Part shown: one piece after another, positions 8,529 through 16,825 of the stretch | How positions within the stretch are numbered: the first letter of the stretch is position 1 | Layout of the letters: each line of letters starts with the position of its first letter | The notes under the pieces: model-generated | What the model was told of the DNA's origin: nothing | The model's database searches: none | The model's input: only the letters and a program-made list of their open reading frames with translations | From: an uncultured Coriobacteriaceae bacterium | GTDB lineage: Bacteria; Actinomycetota; Coriobacteriia; Coriobacteriales; Atopobiaceae | Reading direction: 5' to 3' | Assembly (NCBI GenBank): GCA_947426865.1 | Contig: CANEFS010000002.1 | Coordinates: 5,332-69,331, forward strand | DNA: 64,000 nucleotides | Position numbers and translations under genes: made by a program

Positions 8529-10700
8529 ATGGCACATAACGAAAATCTAAACAGCAACTTCGAGCAGAATAGCGCAGAGAAATTCTCGCGCAAAGACCGC
8601 CCGACCTTTCCTGGCCGGGCCGTCGTGACCGCGGGCATGCCCTACGGCAACAAAGGTCTCCACTTTGGCCATGTGGGCGGCGTTTTCGTCCCGGCCGACT
8701 TCTACGCTCGCTTTTTGCGCGATTTTCTCGGGCCAGAAAACGTGCTTTTCGTCTCGGGGACGGATTGTTTTGGCTCCCCCATCATGGAGGGCTTTCGCCG
8801 GCAACAAGAGAGCGGTTTTTCAGGGACGATTGAAGACTACGTCAAGAAAAACCACCGCTCGCAGCTGGAGACGTTGAAAGATTTCCATATTTCGTGCGAT
8901 GTGTTTAGCGGCTCGGGGCTAGCGCCTGCGGCAGGTGTCCACCAAGAACTGACAAACGAAGTTATCACCGCTCTTTTTGAAAATGGCTGCCTGACCAAGC
9001 GCTCTACGCTGCAGTTCTATGACACGGAAGCGAAGACGTTTTTGAACGGGCGCCAAGTTCAGGGCCGCTGCCCAATTCCTGGCTGCAAGTCCGAGAAAGC
9101 CTACGCCGACGAGTGCGACCTTGGCCACCAGTTCGACCCGCGCGACCTCATTAAACCCGTCAGCCAGCTCACACAAACAACGCCCGAGCTTCGCCCGGTT
9201 GAAAATTGGTACTACAACCTCCCTGCCGCCGAGACCTATCTGAAAAAGTTAGAGGCCAGCTGGGAAGGCGATCCGCAGATTCGCGCTGTTGTCGTCAAAA
9301 CTCTGAAAGAGTGGCTCGTCGCGCCCGAGCTTTTTATCAAGCTTGAAGCGGCTGAGGCTTTCCGCTCTGTCGCGGACAAGTTGCCTGCCCACAAGGTTCA
9401 CGATCCGCGCGGCAATGCGCAGAGTTTCTCGGTCGAGTTCGAAAACTGGCAAGAACGCGATAAGGCACGCGAAGTCTTAGAAGCCGCCAATATTTTCTAT
9501 CGTGCAAGCAAATGCCTCCTTCCCTTCCGCATCACCGGAAACATTCCTTGGGGCGTGAAAGCTCCCACGCTTGCTGGTCTGTCTGACCTTACGGTTTGGT
9601 GCTGGCCAGAGAGCCTTTGGGCACCCATTTCGTTTACGAAAACCGCTCTTGAGAAAGGCGCGGAGCTCGCAAAGGCAGGCGACACGCTTAATGCCGAGAA
9701 TGCAATCGATACACCGGGGCGCTTCTCTTCAACAGACTGGCGCGACTGGTGGACGGGCCCTGACAGTGAGGATGCAGCAGACGCCGACGCAGCAGACGCG
9801 CCCAGCACCCAAGTCTTCCAGTTCATCGGACAGGACAACATCTATTTCTATTGCATTGCTCAGCCCGCTCTCTGGGATGCCCTTCGCTGGAACCTCTTCC
9901 CTGACACGGCTGTGGCCAACTACCACGTGCTTTTCATGAACAAAAAGGCTTCGAGCTCAGGGGCAATCAAGCCGCCTCTTGCTGAGGAGATGCTTTCTTT
10001 CTACACACCCGAGCAGCTCCGCTACCACTGGCTCTCTTTTGCTCTTGGTGAGAAAAGCGTGAGCTTTGCGCCGAAAGTTTTTGATACCTCCGTTTCTTCT
10101 GTCGACAAAAAAACCGGCCAGGAAATCCTCGTGAAGGACGACCCGCGCGTAGCAGATCCTGCCCTTAAAGAAAGCGCTTTTCTCACCAACATCTTCAACC
10201 GCCTTGCACGCTCCTGCTTCTACGGCGCGCAAAACGCGCTGGGAGGCCACGTTCCTTCTCTCGAGCCCAGCGAGGACGCCAAAGAACTTGCTCAAAGCGC
10301 CGCCTTTGAGTTTCTCTGCGCCATGCACGACCTGAACTTGCACACTGCCCTCAGCGTGGCCGAAAACTTTGGTCGCGAGTCGAACAAAAACTGGGACCGC
10401 GCAAGCAAGGACGCCGTCCAAAACGCAGACGATTCCGCCTACGAGCAGGCCCTAGCTGACGCCTTCTACTCCCTGCACGTTTTGGCTCTCTGCTTCCACG
10501 GGGCCGTTCCTGCCGGTTGCGAGAAGATCCGCGCCTACTTGGGCATCTCCGCTCCTGTCTTCTGGAACTGGGACCATGTCGCTCTTACCGTCAAAGAGCT
10601 TCTCGAGAAGGACGGAAAAGACGTTGCCTCCTATCAGTTTAAAGAGCTGCCGCCGCGCACCGATTTCTTCGAGAAGCACGAGTCGCAATACAAGAAGTAA
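8529..10700 (+). CDS. metG: Methionyl-tRNA synthetase-like class I aminoacyl-tRNA ligase (divergent signature motifs)
   Basis: MPYGNKGLHFGH (HIGH region), Zn-knuckle-like CPIPGCKSEKAYADECDLGH, FIGQDNIYFY. The KMSKS position reads KKASSSG. ATG 8529 has AAGG upstream and is preferred over TTG 8499. Confidence 0.7.
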   Translation: MAHNENLNSNFEQNSAEKFSRKDRPTFPGRAVVTAGMPYGNKGLHFGHVGGVFVPADFYARFLRDFLGPENVLFVSGTDCFGSPIMEGFRRQQESGFSGTIEDYVKKNHRSQLETLKDFHISCDVFSGSGLAPAAGVHQELTNEVITALFENGCLTKRSTLQFYDTEAKTFLNGRQVQGRCPIPGCKSEKAYADECDLGHQFDPRDLIKPVSQLTQTTPELRPVENWYYNLPAAETYLKKLEASWEGDPQIRAVVVKTLKEWLVAPELFIKLEAAEAFRSVADKLPAHKVHDPRGNAQSFSVEFENWQERDKAREVLEAANIFYRASKCLLPFRITGNIPWGVKAPTLAGLSDLTVWCWPESLWAPISFTKTALEKGAELAKAGDTLNAENAIDTPGRFSSTDWRDWWTGPDSEDAADADAADAPSTQVFQFIGQDNIYFYCIAQPALWDALRWNLFPDTAVANYHVLFMNKKASSSGAIKPPLAEEMLSFYTPEQLRYHWLSFALGEKSVSFAPKVFDTSVSSVDKKTGQEILVKDDPRVADPALKESAFLTNIFNRLARSCFYGAQNALGGHVPSLEPSEDAKELAQSAAFEFLCAMHDLNLHTALSVAENFGRESNKNWDRASKDAVQNADDSAYEQALADAFYSLHVLALCFHGAVPAGCEKIRAYLGISAPVFWNWDHVALTVKELLEKDGKDVASYQFKELPPRTDFFEKHESQYKK

Positions 10701-10784
10701 GTCGCGTGCGGCCGTTTGCGCGGGCGCACAATCGACCCACACGCAGTTTCCAGCCCGCCTCGCGCAATAAATCAAAATTTTCCC

Positions 10785-10812
10785 TTGCATTCGTTTGCGC
10801 CTCTGTCATAAT
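10785..10812 (+). promoter_or_regulatory. Sigma-70-type promoter candidate for the Y-family polymerase operon
   Basis: TTGCAT (10785-10790), 16-nt spacer, CATAAT (10807-10812). Confidence 0.5.
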
Positions 10813-10825
10813 GATACCCAAAAAC

Positions 10826-10839
10826 AGAACATTTGTTCG
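10826..10839 (+). promoter_or_regulatory. LexA (SOS/Cheo-type) box AGAACATTTGTTCG
   Basis: Perfect GAAC-N4-GTTC palindrome. It lies 14 nt downstream of the -10 element and 22 nt upstream of the polymerase ATG. Confidence 0.7.
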
Positions 10840-10860
10840 TATTGGGGGTACATTCCTATC

Positions 10861-12228
10861 ATGGCCGGCACCGAATGCTACATCGCAATCGATCTGAAGA
10901 GCTTCTACGCCAGCGTAGAGGCGGCAGACCGCGGCCTCGACACCCTCACGACGCGCCTCGTGGTGGCAGATGAGTCGCGCACGAAGCAGACAATCTGCCT
11001 TGCCGTCAGCCCTGCTCTGAAGGCCCTTGGCGTGAAAAACCGCTGTCGGCTCTATCAAGTGCCCGAGGCCCTTGATGCCCTTGTCGCTGTCCCGCGCATG
11101 AAGCGCTACATGGAGGTCTCGGCAGAAATTTACAAGATCTACCTGCGCTATATCGCCCCCGAAGACATCCATGTCTACTCCATCGACGAAGTCTTCATCC
11201 ACGCCACCCCCTACCTCAACTACTACCACACCACGCCGGCCCAGTTCGCACGCTTTCTCGTGAAACAAGTTTTTATCGGGACCCGCATTCACGCCACGGC
11301 AGGCATCGGCACGAACCTTTTCCTCGCAAAAGTCGCCCTCGACATTCTGGCCAAAAAGGCGCCGAATGGCATGGGGTTTCTCGACGAGGAAGCCTTCCAA
11401 AAAGAGATGTGGTTTCATGAGCCACTCAACGATTTTTGGTCGATTGGGCGCGGGCTGATGCGACGTCTTCGCAAACACGGCATCCACAACATGGCTGGTA
11501 TTTGCGCCGCTGATCCGCGCGTTTTATACAGAGAGTTTGGCCGCAATGCCGAGTACCTTATCGACCACGCCTGGGGCCAGGAACCCTGTACGATGGAGGA
11601 TTTGCGCCGCTACCAGCCGCAGGCGCACGGCCATTCGCAAGGCCAGACTCTCGCGCGCCCCTATGCGCCCGATGATGCGCGAAACGTTTTGATGGAGATG
11701 GTTTGGGCAGAGCTCGTGGGCCTTGCCGAGAAAAACCAGCGAGCCCGCGCCATCTCGCTCGCGCTCGTCTACGCAGACGACGCGCCACCCCATTCCGTGC
11801 GCGCCTCTCGGACGCTCCCCTCTCCCTCGAACGCGCTTTTCGAGCTGAAGCCACGCTTTGCTGCGCTTTTCGACGAGTTATGCGATGTCACGCGCATGGT
11901 GCGCGGTATCTCCATCTCGTTTGACAATCTTGTTGTCGAGAAACCCTCGCGGCCGCGAAGCTTCTGCGAGCCCTCCCCGCACGCCGCGCCATCTCGCGCC
12001 TCTTCTGCCTCTTCTGCTGCTTCCTCTTTTCTCTCGCCTTCTGATACGCTTTCTGATGCTTCTTCACCGACCACCTCTGGCGCCCCTTCCCAGCAAGAGA
12101 GCCTCATGAAAGCGGCGGGTGCAATTCGCAGAAAGTACGGCAAGAATGCCCTTCTTCCCGGCACTTCCTACCGAAAAACCGCAACAGCGCGTGAGCGCAA
12201 TCAGCAAGTGGGAGGACACCGTGCCTAG
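10861..12228 (+). CDS. Y-family (UmuC/ImpB/UvrX-like) translesion DNA polymerase with an S/A/P-rich C-terminal linker
   Basis: YIAIDLKSFYASVE, YSIDEVFI, and C-terminal IRRKYGKNALL. ATG 10861 is chosen because the upstream part of the ORF holds the promoter and LexA box. Confidence 0.88.
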   Translation: MAGTECYIAIDLKSFYASVEAADRGLDTLTTRLVVADESRTKQTICLAVSPALKALGVKNRCRLYQVPEALDALVAVPRMKRYMEVSAEIYKIYLRYIAPEDIHVYSIDEVFIHATPYLNYYHTTPAQFARFLVKQVFIGTRIHATAGIGTNLFLAKVALDILAKKAPNGMGFLDEEAFQKEMWFHEPLNDFWSIGRGLMRRLRKHGIHNMAGICAADPRVLYREFGRNAEYLIDHAWGQEPCTMEDLRRYQPQAHGHSQGQTLARPYAPDDARNVLMEMVWAELVGLAEKNQRARAISLALVYADDAPPHSVRASRTLPSPSNALFELKPRFAALFDELCDVTRMVRGISISFDNLVVEKPSRPRSFCEPSPHAAPSRASSASSAASSFLSPSDTLSDASSPTTSGAPSQQESLMKAAGAIRRKYGKNALLPGTSYRKTATARERNQQVGGHRA

Positions 12229-12646
12229 AGCGACGTCTAGCATAGAACGCACGCGCCTCATTAAACAGATTATGCAGCGCATTCAGAAAAACGGCTATTG
12301 GCACGCAAAGCCAGCCGTAGAGCGCGCCAAACTTTTCGCGCCCTACGACTCGCTTGTAGGATTTCGCCAACTCATAAACGCTACGACCGGCAACAGCCAG
12401 CCACGCCAGCGGCGCGCGCTCTCGGACGAGGAAATCGAGGCGCTGAACGCTGTCGTTCCCACGCTCCAAAAAGGTGACCGCATCTCCGTCACGCACTTCG
12501 CGCAAAACGAAGAGGTCACTACCTCGGGCATTGTTGGAGAGGTCGTGCCGGAACTTTCCTACCTCACCGTCTCAGGAGCGCGCCTGCCCTTCTCGGCCAT
12601 AACGAGAATAGAAACTGCCTCACGCGGGCCTCGAGAACGCGCGTGA
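12221..12646 (+). CDS. YolD-like protein (accessory partner of Gram-positive Y-family polymerases)
   Basis: GTG 12221 is preceded by GGAGGA and overlaps the polymerase stop by 8 nt. LFAPYDSLVGF and the C-terminal GDRISVTHF...SGIVGEV...LPFSAITRIE pattern fit the YolD family. The start is uncertain (12119-12272). Confidence 0.6.
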   Translation: MPRATSSIERTRLIKQIMQRIQKNGYWHAKPAVERAKLFAPYDSLVGFRQLINATTGNSQPRQRRALSDEEIEALNAVVPTLQKGDRISVTHFAQNEEVTTSGIVGEVVPELSYLTVSGARLPFSAITRIETASRGPRERA

Positions 12647-12662
12647 GATTAGAACAATCAAA

Positions 12663-15425
12663 CTAGTAGCTCACATCAAAAGAGAAAAAAGACAAAAGAG
12701 CTACAAGAGAAGAGTTGTCGCCTGTTGCGGAAAGAGATCGGCCATCCTCTCGATGTGCAAAGATGGTGAGATATTCTGTCGCCACTAAATCGGACGCCTG
12801 CAGACTCGCTCCATCAGTTGGTGCAGAAAACCATCCCAAGAACCGGGTGGGATATTCTTCATCAACAGTCGGGAATGCCTTGGATTGCAGATAGGTTAAA
12901 TGTTCTGTGCCTGAAGGGTTCCCTGTATAGGCTAAAAATCTTTCGTTAGCTATCTCTTTTCCATTGTCCACAAATTTTACGTTCGAGAAAACTTGACCAG
13001 GAGCATCTGAGCTTCCATTGGAGGAAGCAGGCTCACAACTGATATTTCCGTTAACGACTGAAAGAGGAGCATGCGTATCTAAAGTAATATTAGAGGGCAC
13101 GTTCAGATTTGCTTCGTGGCAAGCATTACCAATATTAAGCGCGTGCGTAAGGTCGAAGCTTACAGGAAGAGACATATCCGTCAAAAGTACCGCATCGCTT
13201 ATATCCTCAACTGACCAATCGCTAAACGTCCCAGAATCACAAGTCCTGGTAAAAATAAGACCGGATTTTTGATCTTCTGGACACCCTTGAATCACTCCAT
13301 CGGAAGATCCCTGGGCAATCACCACCGAGGTGCCAGGCTCGCCGTTGGGTGAGAAGGAAACACCTGATACAGTTCCTTTCTGAGTATTAGAGGAAATGTT
13401 TCCTAGTCCCACCGCTGCCGCGAAGTTAGTGGTGTCTATACCGTAGTTTGCAGCTAAAAAGCAACCAGAAAAGGTAACGTTATTTAAGGATCCTTGTTCA
13501 GAAAGTCCACTGGGGTAAGGAGTATTCATAGAGCCAACTCCGATTGCAGGACCATCCAACTGGAGAGGTGATTGATTCCGACAAGATGCTATATTGAGAA
13601 TGCAGTCATCAAAGGAAAGATTTTCGACATCTCCAGCTTTGGCTGTAGAAGCGTTCCCTGAACAAGAATAGCCACTTCCGATTCCTGCTCCCCCACCAAG
13701 AGTATTTCCGGAAAAGGCATCAATATTTGATGAGCGAAAAGTGCAATTCTTTACTTCTCCGGAAGAAGCGCCGAGTGATCCTCCTGATCCAATTCCCGCT
13801 CCGAGTCCACCATCTAGAGAACTACAAGCCTTGACCGCGGAGGATTCAATCAAAACATCTGTACATGACCCTGTCTTCATGCTGGGAGTGTTACTACCTT
13901 CGGGATACGACCCCCCTCCGATACCTGCGCCACTAGCGTTAAACTCTCCAGAGAAGGCCTCTACTTGTGAATTTTTAATAGTTAAATGAGATAATGAACC
14001 AGCTTCTGAAGGGCCCCCATCTTTGGCACCGCCACCACCGCCAATTCCGGCTCCCGCAACCAAGGCATAATCCGCAGAACTTTCTCCCTTTTGACAATAG
14101 CAAGTAAGAGTGGAATTTTCTATGTAAATATTACTCGCATTTCCACCGCAACTAGTAGGAGATTTAATGATGTCTCCAAGGGCTGCTCCCCCGCCAATGC
14201 CAGCACCTGCCGATTCCGGATAACCTCCCGAGCCGGCTTCGATTTTACACCCTTTAACAATTAAATCATTTAGATCGCCGCCCTTCTTAAGGCCTTTTCC
14301 TCCCCCGATACCTGCGCTTTGGCTAAGAAGGGGATTGGATGGATCTGAATTGGTCCCTGCAACTGCTTTTATTTCGCTTTTCTCAAACGAAAGATGCTCG
14401 GCATTGCCTCCGTAATACGTGTTGCAGCCGCCTCCTCCGATGGCGGCTCCGTATGAGAAAAATCCATCAAACGAAGAAGCAGAATTTACAGTTGCCCCAG
14501 AGATGCGTAAGTTGTATAGGCTACCTCCGCTTTGCTCAGGATTGGTGGTTTCATAATCACAGGCTCCTCCCCCTATTCCTGCACCACTGCTAATTCCGCG
14601 TTCAGCACAGGCAGCAGTTATATTTCCTCCATTAATTGTTATGAAAGAGCAATCCCCACCATCATAAGTCTCGGAGGAAGAATAAAAGTGTCTTGTACTT
14701 GCTGCCCCTCCAATACCCGCGGATTCGCTTACATTTTTCGCGCTTTCAACATATGTTTCTTTTGCCCTGCCATAAGCTTCAATAGTTCCACTATTTATTG
14801 TTATATAGGAAGTTGAGCGATTTGTCTCATATGACGAGGCACCTATTCCTGCACCGTAACAAGCTCCTACTGCTTTAAGTGCCCCCCCCTGGGGAGCGGA
14901 GATAGTTAAAAGGCAAGCGGGGTTAGGCCCTTCATCCGAATCATTTTTTTCAAGACCTGCGTACGGAACATAGTCCTCATTATTATTAAAAGTGGTTTGA
15001 AGCAAATTTTTGCCAACCAAAAGGAGGTTTAAAGAAAAGATGCTTCCGCCTTTTGAAACGCGATTGTTCATGGTAAAGGGAGCGCCATCGTGAGCTTTTA
15101 TTGAAAGATTCGAAAGAGTGATTGAGCCGCCTTCCATCGAGTCAACTCTCACGCGTGCCGTCTCAGATGATCCAGAAAGAATAAAATCGTGCTTTTGTTT
15201 CCCCGTTATCTTTAAAACATGATCGGAAAAAGAATAGTCTACATTCTCTTCTCCCCCGGAAATAGAGATGCCTTCATACGTGGGGGCAAAAAGGCTCTCA
15301 ACAGTTTGAGCGAACGCCGGGAGGGGGAAGAAAGAAGAAATTAAAATGGTTGATATTACCCCAACGGCTAACGTAGTAGAAAACTTTTTCCCGTGTCTTT
15401 TGAATTGTTTATTTTTCATAAACAC
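12663..15425 (-). CDS. Secreted 920-aa surface protein with about 12 Gly-rich (G-A-G-I-G-G-G) parallel-beta-helix-type repeats and a C-terminal Listeria-Bacteroides (Flg_new-like) repeat
   Basis: Signal peptide MFMKNKQFKRHGKKFSTTLAVGVISTILISSFFPLPAFA/Q. GAGIGGG-type motifs recur every ~40-55 aa. FLGWFSAPTDGASL...TIFAH. AAAGGAG RBS. Visibly more AT-rich than its flanks. Confidence 0.8.
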   Translation of the reverse strand: MFMKNKQFKRHGKKFSTTLAVGVISTILISSFFPLPAFAQTVESLFAPTYEGISISGGEENVDYSFSDHVLKITGKQKHDFILSGSSETARVRVDSMEGGSITLSNLSIKAHDGAPFTMNNRVSKGGSIFSLNLLLVGKNLLQTTFNNNEDYVPYAGLEKNDSDEGPNPACLLTISAPQGGALKAVGACYGAGIGASSYETNRSTSYITINSGTIEAYGRAKETYVESAKNVSESAGIGGAASTRHFYSSSETYDGGDCSFITINGGNITAACAERGISSGAGIGGGACDYETTNPEQSGGSLYNLRISGATVNSASSFDGFFSYGAAIGGGGCNTYYGGNAEHLSFEKSEIKAVAGTNSDPSNPLLSQSAGIGGGKGLKKGGDLNDLIVKGCKIEAGSGGYPESAGAGIGGGAALGDIIKSPTSCGGNASNIYIENSTLTCYCQKGESSADYALVAGAGIGGGGGAKDGGPSEAGSLSHLTIKNSQVEAFSGEFNASGAGIGGGSYPEGSNTPSMKTGSCTDVLIESSAVKACSSLDGGLGAGIGSGGSLGASSGEVKNCTFRSSNIDAFSGNTLGGGAGIGSGYSCSGNASTAKAGDVENLSFDDCILNIASCRNQSPLQLDGPAIGVGSMNTPYPSGLSEQGSLNNVTFSGCFLAANYGIDTTNFAAAVGLGNISSNTQKGTVSGVSFSPNGEPGTSVVIAQGSSDGVIQGCPEDQKSGLIFTRTCDSGTFSDWSVEDISDAVLLTDMSLPVSFDLTHALNIGNACHEANLNVPSNITLDTHAPLSVVNGNISCEPASSNGSSDAPGQVFSNVKFVDNGKEIANERFLAYTGNPSGTEHLTYLQSKAFPTVDEEYPTRFLGWFSAPTDGASLQASDLVATEYLTIFAHREDGRSLSATGDNSSLVALLSFFSFDVSY
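14882..14889 (-). repeat. G8 homopolymer tract (C8 on plus strand) inside the surface-protein CDS (codons for Q-G-G-A)
   Basis: Read directly as gcccccccct at 14881-14890. This is the longest G/C run I found in the window. Confidence 0.9.
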
Positions 15426-15486
15426 TCCTTTAGAAACTTTGAATCCCTTTGAAGAAGAAGTTTAGTGCTTTATTTAAACCCTCTTG

Positions 15487-15517
15487 ATTATAAAATTTTT
15501 TTCAGTTAAACGGTAAA
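15487..15517 (-). promoter_or_regulatory. Promoter candidate for the surface-protein gene; its 19-nt spacer contains an A7 tract
   Basis: Minus strand: TTTACC (15517-15512), 19-nt spacer including AAAAAAA (15502-15496), perfect TATAAT (15492-15487). Confidence 0.4.
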
Positions 15518-15728
15518 CAAATAGACCTCAGACAGCATCAAACAATCTTACCAATTGAGCAGGACCATTCACCCACCCCAAACCCCCTCAATCGTTGCAA
15601 CAAATTCTTAGAGCTTCTAAAATCAACTTCAGGACGCAAACCCAAACAGACAAAGCTGACTTCGAAGGCCAAACTGACCTAAAAAGCCATAAGCCAAAAC
15701 CATCAGAAAACCATAAGGAGATCTCACT

Positions 15729-16736
15729 ATGGAAACAGCCAACCTTTCCCCCTCCCAAAAACAAGCGCTTGAGCCAGGCGCCGAGAAAATCATTCTCGAT
15801 TGCGACACCGGTCACGATGATGCCGTTGCCATTTTGCTGGCCGTCGGCAATCCCAAAATCGACCTTTTGGGCGTCACCACCATCGGCGGAAATGCCGAGC
15901 TAGAAAAGGTAACGTACAACTCGCGCGCCGTGCTGCAGGAGGCGCAAGTCTTCGACGTCCCCGTACACAAGGGCTGCTCGCGCCCTCTCCTGACCCCGCT
16001 CCGCCCTGCCGCCGAGGTTCACGGAGAAACCGGTCTTGACGGCGTCGAGCTCCCTGACCCCAAAGACGTGCCTCTGCAAGAGGGTCACGCGGTCAACTGG
16101 ATTATCGACACGATTATGAACAGCGACCCAAAAACAATTACTCTCGTTGCCACCGGTCCTCTCACCAACATCGCGATGGCCGCCCGCTTGGAGCCCGCCA
16201 TCGTTGAGCGCGTCAAGCGCGTTGTTCTCATGGGCGGAGGCGTATATGAAGCGAACTCCACGCCTGTGGCTGAGTTTAATATCTGGACCGATCCGGACGC
16301 TGCCAAAATCGTCTTCGAACTCCCCTGGGATGTGACGATGATTGGTCTCGACACGACCCACCAAGCCCTCTGTCTTCCTGAAATCCAGCAGCGCATTGAG
16401 GAAAACGGAGGCGAAGTTGGCCAATTCATGAGCGGCCTTATGGACTTCTTCCGCCTTGCATACCAGGAGAATCAAGACTTCCAAAATCCCCCCGTTCACG
16501 ACCCCTGCACCATTGCATACATCATTGACCCCAGCGTCGTAAAGACGCGCCGCTGTGCCGTGGATGTCGAGAATCAACCGGGTCTCACTTTTGGTGAAAC
16601 CGTTGCCGACATGCGCGGGCCTGCTGACCCCACCTCTCGCACACAGGTCACCCTTGATCTTGATTTCGAGAAGTTCTGGGATATTGTTGAAGATGCCATC
16701 GTTCGCATCAACGAGAAAAAGCAAGAAAGTGCTTAA
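15729..16736 (+). CDS. Nucleoside hydrolase (inosine/uridine-preferring family)
   Basis: N-terminal ILDCDTGHDDAVAILLA (DxDxxxDD) motif. AAGGAG RBS. Confidence 0.9.
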   Translation: METANLSPSQKQALEPGAEKIILDCDTGHDDAVAILLAVGNPKIDLLGVTTIGGNAELEKVTYNSRAVLQEAQVFDVPVHKGCSRPLLTPLRPAAEVHGETGLDGVELPDPKDVPLQEGHAVNWIIDTIMNSDPKTITLVATGPLTNIAMAARLEPAIVERVKRVVLMGGGVYEANSTPVAEFNIWTDPDAAKIVFELPWDVTMIGLDTTHQALCLPEIQQRIEENGGEVGQFMSGLMDFFRLAYQENQDFQNPPVHDPCTIAYIIDPSVVKTRRCAVDVENQPGLTFGETVADMRGPADPTSRTQVTLDLDFEKFWDIVEDAIVRINEKKQESA

Positions 16737-16825
16737 GGAGGAGGGTCTACAAGTAACGCTTTGGCTAAACAAGCCAAAATCACGCCAAAAGCAACCTTTA
16801 AAGAGAGGTTTAAGAAAAAGAGAAA

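Noticed and set aside
10639-11487. Long antisense ORFs: 10639-11487(-), 15900-16772(-), 17693-18460(+), 21512-22192(+), 37360-38094(+), 46118-46750(-) and 47497-48087(-).
   Set aside because: Each lies opposite a gene with unmistakable conserved motifs (Y-family polymerase, nucleoside hydrolase, pyrG, tlyA, alaS, dgt-like, thyA). Their translations are R/A/G/V-rich low-information sequence, typical of stop-poor antisense frames in GC-biased coding DNA.
12663-12740. LSATG plus a hydrophobic stretch at the C-terminus of the surface protein, read as a canonical LPXTG sortase signal.
   Set aside because: Position 2 is Ser rather than Pro or Ala, and there is no basic tail after the hydrophobic segment. 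I kept it only as a note on a possible degenerate or truncated anchor, not as an annotated sorting signal.
12647-15728. A mobile-element interpretation of the AT-rich surface-protein region (insertion sequence or integrative element).
   Set aside because: I could find no transposase, integrase or recombinase ORF, no inverted terminal repeats, and no convincing flanking direct repeats (only AACAATC, which is too short). The evidence is compositional only.
16759-16781. The TTTGGCT-aaaca-AGCCAAA hairpin between the nucleoside hydrolase and pyrG, read as a bidirectional intrinsic terminator.
   Set aside because: The stem is only 7 bp and AT-rich, and no U-tract follows on either strand.
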